64,000 nt of DNA, from contig OZ059895.1 of NCBI GenBank assembly GCA_964057225.1, positions 13,392,001-13,456,000 of the forward strand, written 5' to 3'. Numbering within the stretch: the stretch's first letter is position 1; each line of letters starts with the position of its first letter. The notes below the pieces were generated by a model. The model was given only the letters and a program-made list of their open reading frames with translations. It made no database searches and had not been told where the DNA came from. The translations under genes and the position numbers were made by a program. This document shows positions 20,192 to 31,500 of this stretch, piece after piece. This DNA comes from Auanema rhodensis (taxonomy: Eukaryota; Animalia; Nematoda).

Positions 20192-20601
20192 GAAAATATC
20201 TGATATTCAATGATTTACATACTTATCCTCGTTATTGTTTTTTTTCCAATTTCATGTTAGTTATGTAATTTTCTACGTTACATCTAAATTCCTCGATGAT
20301 ATCAAATCTTATGAGCTCCAAATACAATAAATTAAAAAAGGTTTCACAGTTGTATAGTGTTAAAACAATGTTTGTTTCAATAGGAAATAGAAAGAAACAG
20401 TAAAGTTAAGATGAAGGTTCATAAACTACTGGTTTATAACTGTAATATAGAAATAAGATTGAAGATATTTTGATGCCTTGGGTTGAGCTATCTAAGTAAA
20501 ACTGCTAGAAAATTAAAAACATTTGTTACGGAAGAGATAAAATTGAAAATCAGCTGCATTGCGTACTTTCAACGTGGTATGATCGTTAAAAAAAATTGAA
20601 A

Positions 20602-20720
20602 AGCTTACGGCACCCGGGATTCCCAAGCCGTCTCCGATCCAAGTACTAACCGGGCCCAACGTTGCTTGACTTGCCAGATCGGACGGGATGGCGTACTTTC
20701 AACGTGGTATGGTCGTAAGC
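20602..20720 (-). rRNA. 5S rRNA
   Basis: Array copy. Confidence 0.95.
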
Positions 20721-21130
20721 GAAAATACCTGATATTCAATGATTTACATACTTATCCTCGTTATTGTTTTTTTTCCAATTTCATGTTAGTTATGTAATTT
20801 TCTACGTTACATCTAAATTCCTCGATGATATCAAATCTTATGAGCTCCAAATACAATAAATTAAAAAAGGTTTCACAGTTGTATAGTGTTAAAACAATGT
20901 TTGTTTCAATAGGAAATAGATAGAAACAGTAAAGTTAAGGTGAAGGTTCATAAACTACTGGTTTATAACTGTAATATAGAAATAAGATTGAAGATATTTT
21001 GATGCCTTGGGTTGAGCTATCTAAGTAAAACTGCTAGAAAATTAAAAACATTTGTTACGGAAGAGATAAAATTGAAAATCAGCTGCATTGCGTACTTTCA
21101 ACGTGGTATGATCGTTAAAAAAAATTGAAA

Positions 21131-21249
21131 AGCTTACGGCACCCGGGATTCCCAAGCCGTCTCCGATCCAAGTACTAACCGGGCCCAACGTTGCTTGACT
21201 TGCCAGATCGGACAGGATGGCGTACTTTCAATGTGGTATGGTCGTAAGC
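21131..21249 (-). rRNA. 5S rRNA
   Basis: Array copy (2 SNPs). Confidence 0.95.
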
Positions 21250-21660
21250 AAAAATATCTGATATTCAATGATTTACATACTTATCCTCGTTATTGTTTTT
21301 TTTTCCAATTTCATGTTAGTTATGTAATTTTCTACGTTACATCTAAATTCCTCGATGATATCAAATCTTATGAGCTCCAAATACAATAAATTAAAAAAGG
21401 TTTCACAGTTGTATAGTGTTAAAACAATGTTTGTTTCAATAGGAAATAGATAGAAACAGTAAAGTTAAGATGAAGGTTCATAAACTACTGGTTTATAACT
21501 GTAATATAGAAATAAGATTGAAGATATTTTGATGCCTTGGGTTGAGCTATCTAAGTAAAACTGCTAGAAAATTAAAAACATTTGTTACGGAAGAGATAAA
21601 ATTGAAAATCAGCTGCATTGCGTACTTTCAACGTGGTATGATCGTTAAAAAAATTTGAAA

Positions 21661-21779
21661 AGCTTACGGCACCCGGGATTCCCAAGCCGTCTCCGATCCA
21701 AGTACTAACCGGGCCCAACGTTGCTTGACTTGCCAGATCGGACGGGATGGCGTACTTTCAGCGTGGTATGGTCGTAAGC
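21661..21779 (-). rRNA. 5S rRNA
   Basis: Array copy (1 SNP). Confidence 0.95.
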
Positions 21780-22189
21780 GAAAATACCTGATATTCAATG
21801 ATTTACATACTTATCCTCGTTATTGTTTTTTTTCCAATTTCATGTTAGTTATGTAATTTTCTACGTTACATCTAAATTCCTCGATGATATCAAATCTTAT
21901 GAGCTCCAAATACAATAAATTAAAAAAGGTTTCACAGTTGTATAGTGTTAAAACAATGTTTGTTTCAATAGGAAATAGATAGAAACAGTAAAGTTAAGAT
22001 GAAGGTTCATAAACTACTGGTTTATAACTGTAATATAGAAATAAGATTCAAGATATTTTGATGCCTTGGGTTGAGCTATCTAAGTAAAACTGCTAGAAAA
22101 TTAAAAACATTTGTTACGGAAGAGATAAAATTGAAAATCAGCTGCATGGCGTACTTTCAACGTGGTATGATCGTTTAAAAAATTTGAAA

Positions 22190-22308
22190 AGCTTACGGCA
22201 CCCGGGATTCCCAAGCCGTCTCCGATCCAAGTACTAACCGGGCCCAACGTTGCTTGACTTGCCAGATCGGACGGGATGGCGTACTTTCAACGTGGTATGG
22301 TCGTAAGC
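22190..22308 (-). rRNA. 5S rRNA
   Basis: Array copy. Confidence 0.95.
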
Positions 22309-22718
22309 GAAAATATCTGATATTCAATGATTTACATACTTATCCTCGTTATTGTTTTTTTTCCAATTTCATGTTAGTTATGTAATTTTCTACGTTACAT
22401 CTAAATTCCTCGATGATATCAAATCTTATGAGCTCCAAATACAATAAATTAAAAAAGGTTTCACAGTTGTATAGTGTTAAAACAATGTTTGTTTCAATAG
22501 GAAATAGATAGAAACAGTAAAGTTAAGATGAAGGTTCATAAACTACTGGTTTATAACTGTAATATAGAAATAAGATTGAAGATATTTTGATGCCTTGGGT
22601 TGAGCTATCTAAGTAAAACTGCTAGAAAATTAAAAACATTTGTTACGGAAGAGATAAAATTGAAAATCAGCTGCATTGCGTACTTTCAACGTGGTATGAT
22701 CGTTAAAAAAAATTGAAA

Positions 22719-22837
22719 AGCTTACGGCACCCGGGATTCCCAAGCCGTCTCCGATCCAAGTACTAACCGGGCCCAACGTTGCTTGACTTGCCAGATCGGA
22801 CGGGATGGCGTACTTTCAACGTGGTATGGTCGTAAGC
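22719..22837 (-). rRNA. 5S rRNA
   Basis: Array copy. Confidence 0.95.
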
Positions 22838-23247
22838 GAAAATACCTGATATTCAATGATTTACATACTTATCCTCGTTATTGTTTTTTTTCCAATTTCA
22901 TGTTAGTTATGTAATTTTCTACGTTACATCTAAATTCCTCGATGATATCAAATCTTATGAGCTCCAAATACAATAAATTAAAAAAGGTTTCACAGTTGTA
23001 TAGTGTTAAAACAATGTTTGTTTCAATAGGAAATAGATAGAAACAGTAAAGTTAAGATGAAGGTTCATAAACTACTGGTTTATAACTGTAATATAGAAAT
23101 AAGATTGAAGATATTTTGATGCCTTGGGTTGAGCTATCTAAGTAAAACTGCTAGAAAATTAAAAACATTTGTTACGGAAGAGATAAAATTGAAAATCAGC
23201 TGCATGGCGTACTTTCAACGTGGTATGATCGTTAAAAAAATTTGAAA

Positions 23248-23366
23248 AGCTTACGGCACCCGGGATTCCCAAGCCGTCTCCGATCCAAGTACTAACCGGG
23301 CCCAACGTTGCTTGACTTGCCAGATCGGACGGGATGGCGTACTTTCAACGTGGTATGGTCGTAAGC
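23248..23366 (-). rRNA. 5S rRNA
   Basis: Array copy. Confidence 0.95.
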
Positions 23367-23776
23367 GAAAATATCTGATATTCAATGATTTACATACTTA
23401 TCCTCGTTATTGTTTTTTTTCCAATTTCATGTTAGTTATGTAATTTTCTACGTTACATCTAAATTCCTCGATGATATCAAATCTTATGAGCTCCAAATAC
23501 AATAAATTAAAAAAGGTTTCACAGTTGTATAGTGTTAAAACAATGTTTGTTTCAATAGGAAATAGATAGAAACAGTAAAGTTAAGATGAAGGTTCATAAA
23601 CTACTGGTTTATAACTGTAATATAGAAATAAGATTGAAGATATTTTGATGCCTTGGGTTGAGCTATCTAAGTAAAACTGCTAGAAAATTAAAAACATTTG
23701 TTACGGAAGAGATAAAATTGAAAATCAGCTGCATTGCGTACTTTCAACGTGGTATGATCGTTAAAAAAAATTGAAA

Positions 23777-23895
23777 AGCTTACGGCACCCGGGATTCCCA
23801 AGCCGTCTCCGATCCAAGTACTAACCGGGCCCAACGTTGCTTGACTTGCCAGATCGGACGGGATGGCGTACTTTCAACGTGGTATGGTCGTAAGC
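23777..23895 (-). rRNA. 5S rRNA
   Basis: Array copy. Confidence 0.95.
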
Positions 23896-24305
23896 GAAAA
23901 TACCTGATATTCAATGATTTACATACTTATCCTCGTTATTGTTTTTTTTCCAATTTCATGTTAGTTATGTAATTTTCTACGTTACATCTAAATTCCTCGA
24001 TGATATCAAATCTTATGAGCTCCAAATACAATAAATTAAAAAAGGTTTCACAGTTGTATAGTGTTAAAACAATGTTTGTTTCAATAGGAAATAGATAGAA
24101 ACAGTAAAGTTAAGATGAAGGTTCATAAACTACTGGTTTATAACTGTAATATAGAAATAAGATTGAAGATATTTTGATGCCTTGGGTTGAGCTATCTAAG
24201 TAAAACTGCTAGAAAATTAAAAACATTTGTTACGGAAGAGATAAAATTGAAAATCAGCTGCATTGCGTACTTTCAACGTGGTATGATCGTTAAAAAAAAT
24301 TGAAA

Positions 24306-24424
24306 AGCTTACGGCACCCGGGATTCCCAAGCCGTCTCCGATCCAAGTACTAACCGGGCCCAACGTTGCTTGACTTGCCAGATCGGACAGGATGGCGTAC
24401 TTTCAATGTGGTATGGTCGTAAGC
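24306..24424 (-). rRNA. 5S rRNA
   Basis: Array copy (2 SNPs). Confidence 0.95.
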
Positions 24425-24835
24425 AAAAATATCTGATATTCAATGATTTACATACTTATCCTCGTTATTGTTTTTTTTTCCAATTTCATGTTAGTTATGT
24501 AATTTTCTACGTTACATCTAAATTCCTCGATGATATCAAATCTTATGAGCTCCAAATACAATAAATTAAAAAAGGTTTCACAGTTGTATAGTGTTAAAAC
24601 AATGTTTGTTTCAATAGGAAATAGATAGAAACAGTAAAGTTAAGATGAAGGTTCATAAACTACTGGTTTATAACTGTAATATAGAAATAAGATTGAAGAT
24701 ATTTTGATGCCTTGGGTTGAGCTATCTAAGTAAAACTGCTAGAAAATTAAAAACATTTGTTACGGAAGAGATAAAATTGAAAATCAGCTGCATTGCGTAC
24801 TTTCAACGTGGTATGATCGTTAAAAAAAATTGAAA

Positions 24836-24954
24836 AGCTTACGGCACCCGGGATTCCCAAGCCGTCTCCGATCCAAGTACTAACCGGGCCCAACGTTGCT
24901 TGACTTGCCAGATCGGACGGGATGGCGTACTTTCAACGTGGTATGGTCGTAAGC
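24836..24954 (-). rRNA. 5S rRNA
   Basis: Array copy. Confidence 0.95.
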
Positions 24955-25364
24955 GAAAATACCTGATATTCAATGATTTACATACTTATCCTCGTTATTG
25001 TTTTTTTTCCAATTTCATGTTAGTTATGTAATTTTCTACGTTACATCTAAATTCCTCGATGATATCAAATCTTATGAGCTCCAAATACAATAAATTAAAA
25101 AAGGTTTCACAGTTGTATAGTGTTAAAACAATGTTTGTTTCAATAGGAAATAGATAGAAACAGTAAAGTTAAGATGAAGGTTCATAAACTACTGGTTTAT
25201 AACTGTAATATAGAAATAAGATTGAAGATATTTTGATGCCTTGGGTTGAGCTATCTAAGTAAAACTGCTAGAAAATTAAAAACATTTGTTACGGAAGAGA
25301 TAAAATTGAAAATCAGCTGCATGGCGTACTTTCAACGTGGTATGATCGTTAAAAAAATTTGAAA

Positions 25365-25483
25365 AGCTTACGGCACCCGGGATTCCCAAGCCGTCTCCGA
25401 TCCAAGTACTAACCGGGCCCAACGTTGCTTGACTTGCCAGATCGGACGGGATGGCGTACTTTCAACGTGGTATGGTCGTAAGC
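25365..25483 (-). rRNA. 5S rRNA
   Basis: Array copy. Confidence 0.95.
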
Positions 25484-25893
25484 GAAAATATCTGATATTC
25501 AATGATTTACATACTTATCCTCGTTATTGTTTTTTTTCCAATTTCATGTTAGTTATGTAATTTTCTACGTTACATCTAAATTCCTCGATGATATCAAATC
25601 TTATGAGCTCCAAATACAATAAATTAAAAAAGGTTTCACAGTTGTATAGTGTTAAAACAATGTTTGTTTCAATAGGAAATAGATAGAAACAGTAAAGTTA
25701 AGATGAAGGTTCATAAACTACTGGTTTATAACTGTAATATAGAAATAAGATTGAAGATATTTTGATGCCTTGGGTTGAGCTATCTAAGTAAAACTGCTAG
25801 AAAATTAAAAACATTTGTTACGGAAGAGATAAAATTGAAAATCAGCTGCATTGCGTACTTTCAACGTGGTATGATCGTTAAAAAAAATTGAAA

Positions 25894-26012
25894 AGCTTAC
25901 GGCACCCGGGATTCCCAAGCCGTCTCCGATCCAAGTACTAACCGGGCCCAACGTTGCTTGACTTGCCAGATCGGACGGGATGGCGTACTTTCAACGTGGT
26001 ATGGTCGTAAGC
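25894..26012 (-). rRNA. 5S rRNA
   Basis: Array copy. Confidence 0.95.
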
Positions 26013-26422
26013 GAAAATACCTGATATTCAATGATTTACATACTTATCCTCGTTATTGTTTTTTTTCCAATTTCATGTTAGTTATGTAATTTTCTACGTT
26101 ACATCTAAATTCCTCGATGATATCAAATCTTATGAGCTCCAAATACAATAAATTAAAAAAGGTTTCACAGTTGTATAGTGTTAAAACAATGTTTGTTTCA
26201 ATAGGAAATAGATAGAAACAGTAAAGTTAAGATGAAGGTTCATAAACTACTGGTTTATAACTGTAATATAGAAATAAGATTGAAGATATTTTGATGCCTT
26301 GGGTTGAGCTATCTAAGTAAAACTGCTAGAAAATTAAAAACATTTGTTACGGAAGAGATAAAATTGAAAATCAGCTGCATTGCGTACTTTCAACGTGGTA
26401 TGATCGTTAAAAAAAATTGAAA

Positions 26423-26541
26423 AGCTTACGGCACCCGGGATTCCCAAGCCGTCTCCGATCCAAGTACTAACCGGGCCCAACGTTGCTTGACTTGCCAGAT
26501 CGGACGGGATGGCGTACTTTCAACGTGGTATGGTCGTAAGC
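26423..26541 (-). rRNA. 5S rRNA
   Basis: Array copy. Confidence 0.95.
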
Positions 26542-26951
26542 GAAAATACCTGATATTCAATGATTTACATACTTATCCTCGTTATTGTTTTTTTTCCAAT
26601 TTCATGTTAGTTATGTAATTTTCTACGTTACATCTAAATTCCTCGATGATATCAAATCTTATGAGCTCCAAATACAATAAATTAAAAAAGGTTTCACAGT
26701 TGTATAGTGTTAAAACAATGTTTGTTTCAATAGGAAATAGATAGAAACAGTAAAGTTAAGATGAAGGTTCATAAACTACTGGTTTATAACTGTAATATAG
26801 AAATAAGATTGAAGATATTTTGATGCCTTGGGTTGAGCTATCTAAGTAAAACTGCTAGAAAATTAAAAACATTTGTTACGGAAGAGATAAAATTGAAAAT
26901 CAGCTGCATTGCGTACTTTCAACGTGGTATGATCGTTAAAAAAAATTGAAA

Positions 26952-27070
26952 AGCTTACGGCACCCGGGATTCCCAAGCCGTCTCCGATCCAAGTACTAAC
27001 CGGGCCCAACGTTGCTTGACTTGCCAGATCGGACAGGATGGCGTACTTTCAACGTGGTATGGTCGTAAGC
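26952..27070 (-). rRNA. 5S rRNA (element A2 inserted 65-68 bp upstream)
   Basis: Array copy (1 SNP). Confidence 0.95.
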
Positions 27071-27138
27071 GAAAATACCTGATATTCAATGATTTACATA
27101 CTTATCCTCGTTATTGTTTTTTTTCCAATTTCATGTTA

Positions 27139-27477
27139 CGTTCCATATTGGTTCCTAGGGTTCCGGCTAGGTAACCATATGGACTTTAATAGTGTGAATG
27201 CCATTGTAAAAGTAACAGAGAGTAGAGAAAAAGAAGTTTATTCAGAATATGGAAATACAATTATAAAAGCAAAATACAATAATCAAATAAATGAAACTAC
27301 ATGTTATGAGAAAGCCAACCTAGTTGCTTTCTCAGGGGTTTATATAGCAAAATATTAATTACAAATATAATTGAATTTATACAAAAAGTAGTTCAGGTCT
27401 AGTTTCTTATTGAATTCTATTAACCAAAAGTCGGTTGACGTTGTCAACCGCCTTCTTTATAAGACACGTATGGAACA
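27139..27477 (-). repeat. Family A 3' LTR (A2)
   Basis: Direct repeat of 38517-38855. Confidence 0.95.
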
Positions 27478-27701
27478 TGCCTTATATTGAAAAAGTAGCT
27501 GACCTCAGCTATAAGAAATTAGACCTTTTAAAGAAAAGAAACAAAAGAGAAAAATATATATATAAATGAATTAGAATTAGAATACTAGAATAGGAATAAT
27601 AGTGTAATAGGAATAATATTAAAAAAAAATGAAAACAATATAAAAAGAAAAAGAAAAGAAAAGAAAAGAGAAGAAAACTATGAATTCACCTCGTGCAGCT
27701 G

Positions 27702-28337
27702 TTATCCTTCTTCCTCCTCGATTTGTCCCAGCTGGAAGTCGGTCGCGGGTTGCCGGTCGGCGACCGTCCATATGTGGAACAGGCTGACGTCTGTTAGCAG
27801 TTCCGTCGCCTGGCCTGCTATCATCATTTTCTTTCTTTTCTGGTCCGGAGTGGTGGCGCGCGTCGCCATTAGTATCCTTAAGGCCTGGCTGATCAGGTCT
27901 CCCGCCTTCCTAATCGACTGGTTGGTCGATTCCATCATACTTTCTTCTGTCCAGCTCTTGTGGATCTCTTCCGCGGCCCATCTTGGGATGAGATCCGCGC
28001 TAGCTACATTTTCGGAGGCTGGATAGCCTAGATCTTCGCGTAGTTTGTTGATGGTGGCCTTGGTGCGGGCAGTGGCCTCGGACCAGTTTTGCGCCATTTT
28101 TGCCATCTCTTCTTCATCATTGTTACATGAACATTGTAACCTTTCCAGAGTCTCTATTAATAGAGTAACTCTGGCTAAATTCTCCGAAAATGATTGGAGG
28201 ATTCTTATCTTTTTAGTCCTGTTGTTTGTTGTCTCCAGTTGTTGTAGTTCTATCTGGAGCGAATGTATCTTGATCCACTTTTCCTTGATCATCGCGATAG
28301 GTGTCTCGCAGGCTGGTGGAGGGAAGACGAGTGCCAT
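27702..28337 (-). CDS. Accessory ORF2 of family A (211 aa, predicted helical, unknown function)
   Basis: ATG-initiated, intact in A2 and A3 with only conservative substitutions, GC-richer than its AT-rich flanks. Confidence 0.75.
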   Translation of the reverse strand: MALVFPPPACETPIAMIKEKWIKIHSLQIELQQLETTNNRTKKIRILQSFSENLARVTLLIETLERLQCSCNNDEEEMAKMAQNWSEATARTKATINKLREDLGYPASENVASADLIPRWAAEEIHKSWTEESMMESTNQSIRKAGDLISQALRILMATRATTPDQKRKKMMIAGQATELLTDVSLFHIWTVADRQPATDFQLGQIEEEEG

Positions 28338-28549
28338 TCTTGTGGTGCTGGGAGTTTTTCTGCTTGAGGTGAATTTTGAGCTTATATAGGGTGAAAAAAA
28401 ATAGGTAAGTATATATTTTGTGATACATAGATATTAAGATTGATGATTGGGGAAAACATTGTTTTTGTTGTTTGGGTAGCAGATAGAATGAATTATTAAA
28501 AAAAAATTAATTAATAAAGTTATTTTCCCAAAAAAGTTTCTATTTTTGA

Positions 28550-31500
28550 TTAAATGGTTGTTGTTGCTCCAATCACTGTTGAAGGTCGTTTCTTTCGTAC
28601 AACCGGTGTTTTTGGAGAATTGAAATGAGCATCAGGTATCTGAGAGCGTGTGAGCCTGTTTTTAGACTCTAAGGTGGGTATCACGCTGTTGTACCTTATT
28701 GGTACGTGGAATGGTTTTGGAGCGGTTATAGGATTTTTGTCTTCTATTCCAAGTGCCAACTTGAGGGCTGAGCTCCATCTTTTGGTTGTGGGTATCTCTT
28801 TACGTCTTTCTTCATAGAGCTCTTGCCTTGTTTCTTCTCCAATTTTATCGACAAGTTGTTGAAATAAGTTGTTTTCGTCCTTGTCCGTAGCTGACTTGTC
28901 TGCCGTATTCGGTCCGGTTTCTGGTTGATAATTGTCCTGTTGTGTTTCCCGCGTAATTTCCTGTGGTGCTCTTGTTTCTTGTGGTGTTATTGAAGGTCGG
29001 CTTTGTTCGTAGAATTCGTCCTCGTTGTCGCTTTCTGAATCAGAGATTGATGTTGCGGTGGGCGTGCTATTTTTAGCGCGCGTATTTTCCGTATCCTGCT
29101 GTGAGCCGTCGCTATAAATGGCGGGTGCGGAGTCGTTTCTGTTGTGCTCGCTTTCTTCGACGTTGTTATCGTCGGGTGGAAAGTATCTTATATTATTCTT
29201 GTGAGCTATAATCGTATTCCCTTCGCTATCTGCTAATATTACGTTATTTCCTTTTATTTCCTTGATTATATATGGTCCATCGCTTGTTGTTTGTAATTTA
29301 TTTGCTGGCTTTGCTCGCTTGACGAGTGCTCTATTTTCCACGAAGATCTCTCTTTCCTGCGTCCTGTGATTTTCGTCGTATTTCTTCTTCATTCTTTCAT
29401 TATTCAACTCTATCCTTTCATGAATCTTCTCGTGTAAGTCCGGGGCGTTCTTGATTGTGGCTCCTGGAGTTTCTAAGTCCTTATCTATTGGTAACCGAGC
29501 TGTTTGTCCAAACAGACAGTCGTAGGGTGGTGTGCGAGTAGTAGCGTTTGGTAGTCGATTCATCGTAAAAACAATTTTTGGTAGAATAATATCCCAATTG
29601 TCTTGGTCGTCATTAACGTAGGAAGTTAATGCTTCTTCCAGTGTTCTGTGTAGCCGTTCCACTTGACCATTTGCGTTTTTGTAGTATGGCATAGTTGTGT
29701 GATGTTCCGATCCAAGATTATCGCACATGCTTTTGAATTCGTGTGAGACAAAGTTTGATCCATTGTCTGTGATGATTTTCTTTGGGGGTCCGAAGACATA
29801 GAATAAGTGTGTCATAATAGCTGATACTATTTCTTCTGATGTCTGACGAATTAATGGTATCGCTATAATCCATTTGGAAAATGCGTCCTGTATAGATAAA
29901 ATGTATCTATTATCCTTTGCAGTTCTAGGTAATGGTCCTAGTATGTCCATGTGAACTCGTTCCCATGGATGTGTCACTGTTGGGAAGTTTCTCATTGGTT
30001 CAACTGTGGCTTCATGTGGGTTATTTTTCCTCTTTGCACAGTCGAGACATCTGTTCACATATCTTGTGATATCATCCTGTATTCCTGTCCAAGTGTACCG
30101 TCGCAAAATGGAGTCTTGAGTCTTATTGATTCCAAGATGTGCTCCGAGAATTGGGTCTTTATGAAATTTTTCTATAATTGGTATTGTGATTGCTGGATCG
30201 TTTGGTAGAATGGCTCGCGGAGTTTGTAAAGCTGTTTTGGGTTTTGCATACAGAGCGTCGTTCACAACGATATATCGATCCATTAGTTGCCTTCCTGCTG
30301 TTTTGTTCCGAATCTTTTCTTTTGTTTCCATGATCCATTCTGTATTGCCTTGGATGGTCCGAAGGTCCGTAATAGTTGAAATAGTCGAGATTTTGTGTGT
30401 AGGAGTTTCTTTTGGTTTCTTCTTTCTTTCCTTGGCTTCGTTGACTTCGTCTTCAAAATATCGTGAAAGTGCATCACAGACGCTGTTAAGACGTCCTGGG
30501 CGATACACTATCTCGATGTCGTATTCTTGTAATACGATTTGAAATTTTGCTAGCCTGCCAATGAGATCTTTTCTTGTCATGAGGCTAGTAAGAGGCCTGT
30601 GATCGGTAATGATTCTTATTGGTGTGCCTAGTATGTAAGTCCGAAATTGATGTACTGCGAAAGTGAGTGCTAAGGCTTCGATTTCAATTGGCGGGTAATT
30701 CCGTTCGGCTTTGTTCAGTTTTCGGCTGGCAAATGCAATTGGGTGAAGTGGTTCCTTGTCGTCTTTAGCCTGTAATAGTACTGCGCCAACTGCAATTATA
30801 CTTCCATCGCTTTCAATGACGTAAGGTCGTTTTGCTATAGGTGCTTGTAGTACAGGAGCTTGACAGAGTATCTGTTTAAGTTGTTGAAATGCTTGTTCTT
30901 CTGCATCTCCCCATTTGAAAGCTGTATCCTTTTTCGTGAGCTCATAAAGTGGTGACGCAATGCCTGCGGCATTCCTAATAAATCTGCGAAAGTAGTTCAC
31001 AACTCCCATAAATGCTCGAACTCCTGTTATTGATTTTGGTCTTGGATAATCTTGGATTGCTTTTACTTTCTGAGGGTCTGGTTTTATTCCTTCGTGTCCA
31101 ACAATGAATCCTAGGAATTTGACTTCTTGTTGTCCAAAGGTACATTTCTTAAGCTTGATTTTCAATCCTAGCTCTGCTGATGCGTTCAGTACTTCGTCGA
31201 TATCTTGTAAATGTTTCGTCGTTGATTCCGATATGAGAAGTAGATCGTCGAGATAGACGAAGAGCTTGCATCGTACGTGTTGTTGTAAATATCGTACAGC
31301 ATTTTGGAATGTGTGTGGAGCTCCGCAGAGTCCCATCGGCATTCTGCAGTATTGATAAGTTCCGCTCGTAGTAGTGAATGCGGTGAGGTGTCTATCTTCT
31401 GATCTAAGAGGGATTTGAAAGAATCCAGATACTAGATCAAAGTTACTGAAGATACGCGCTCCGGCTGCTAGGTCCAAGATGTCTTGAATGTTAGATATAA

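Larger units (their letters stand above)
18960..27138 (-). repeat. Tandem 5S rDNA array block 1 (16 genes, ~529-bp unit)
   Basis: Periodicity of 528-530 bp. Confidence 0.97.

Noticed and set aside
21195-21389. Short ORFs in 5S units (21195, 24370, 43771, 45887, 46142, 47475)
   Set aside because: Appear only where homopolymer length or SNP variants open a frame across rDNA and spacer
18960-27138. CRISPR-like array
   Set aside because: Spacers are near-identical and the repeated element is 5S rRNA; eukaryotic context with no cas genes
28403-28412. Perfect U1-complementary donor AGGTAAGTAT antisense to element A
   Set aside because: No matching acceptor or ORF found; may be chance in AT-rich sequence
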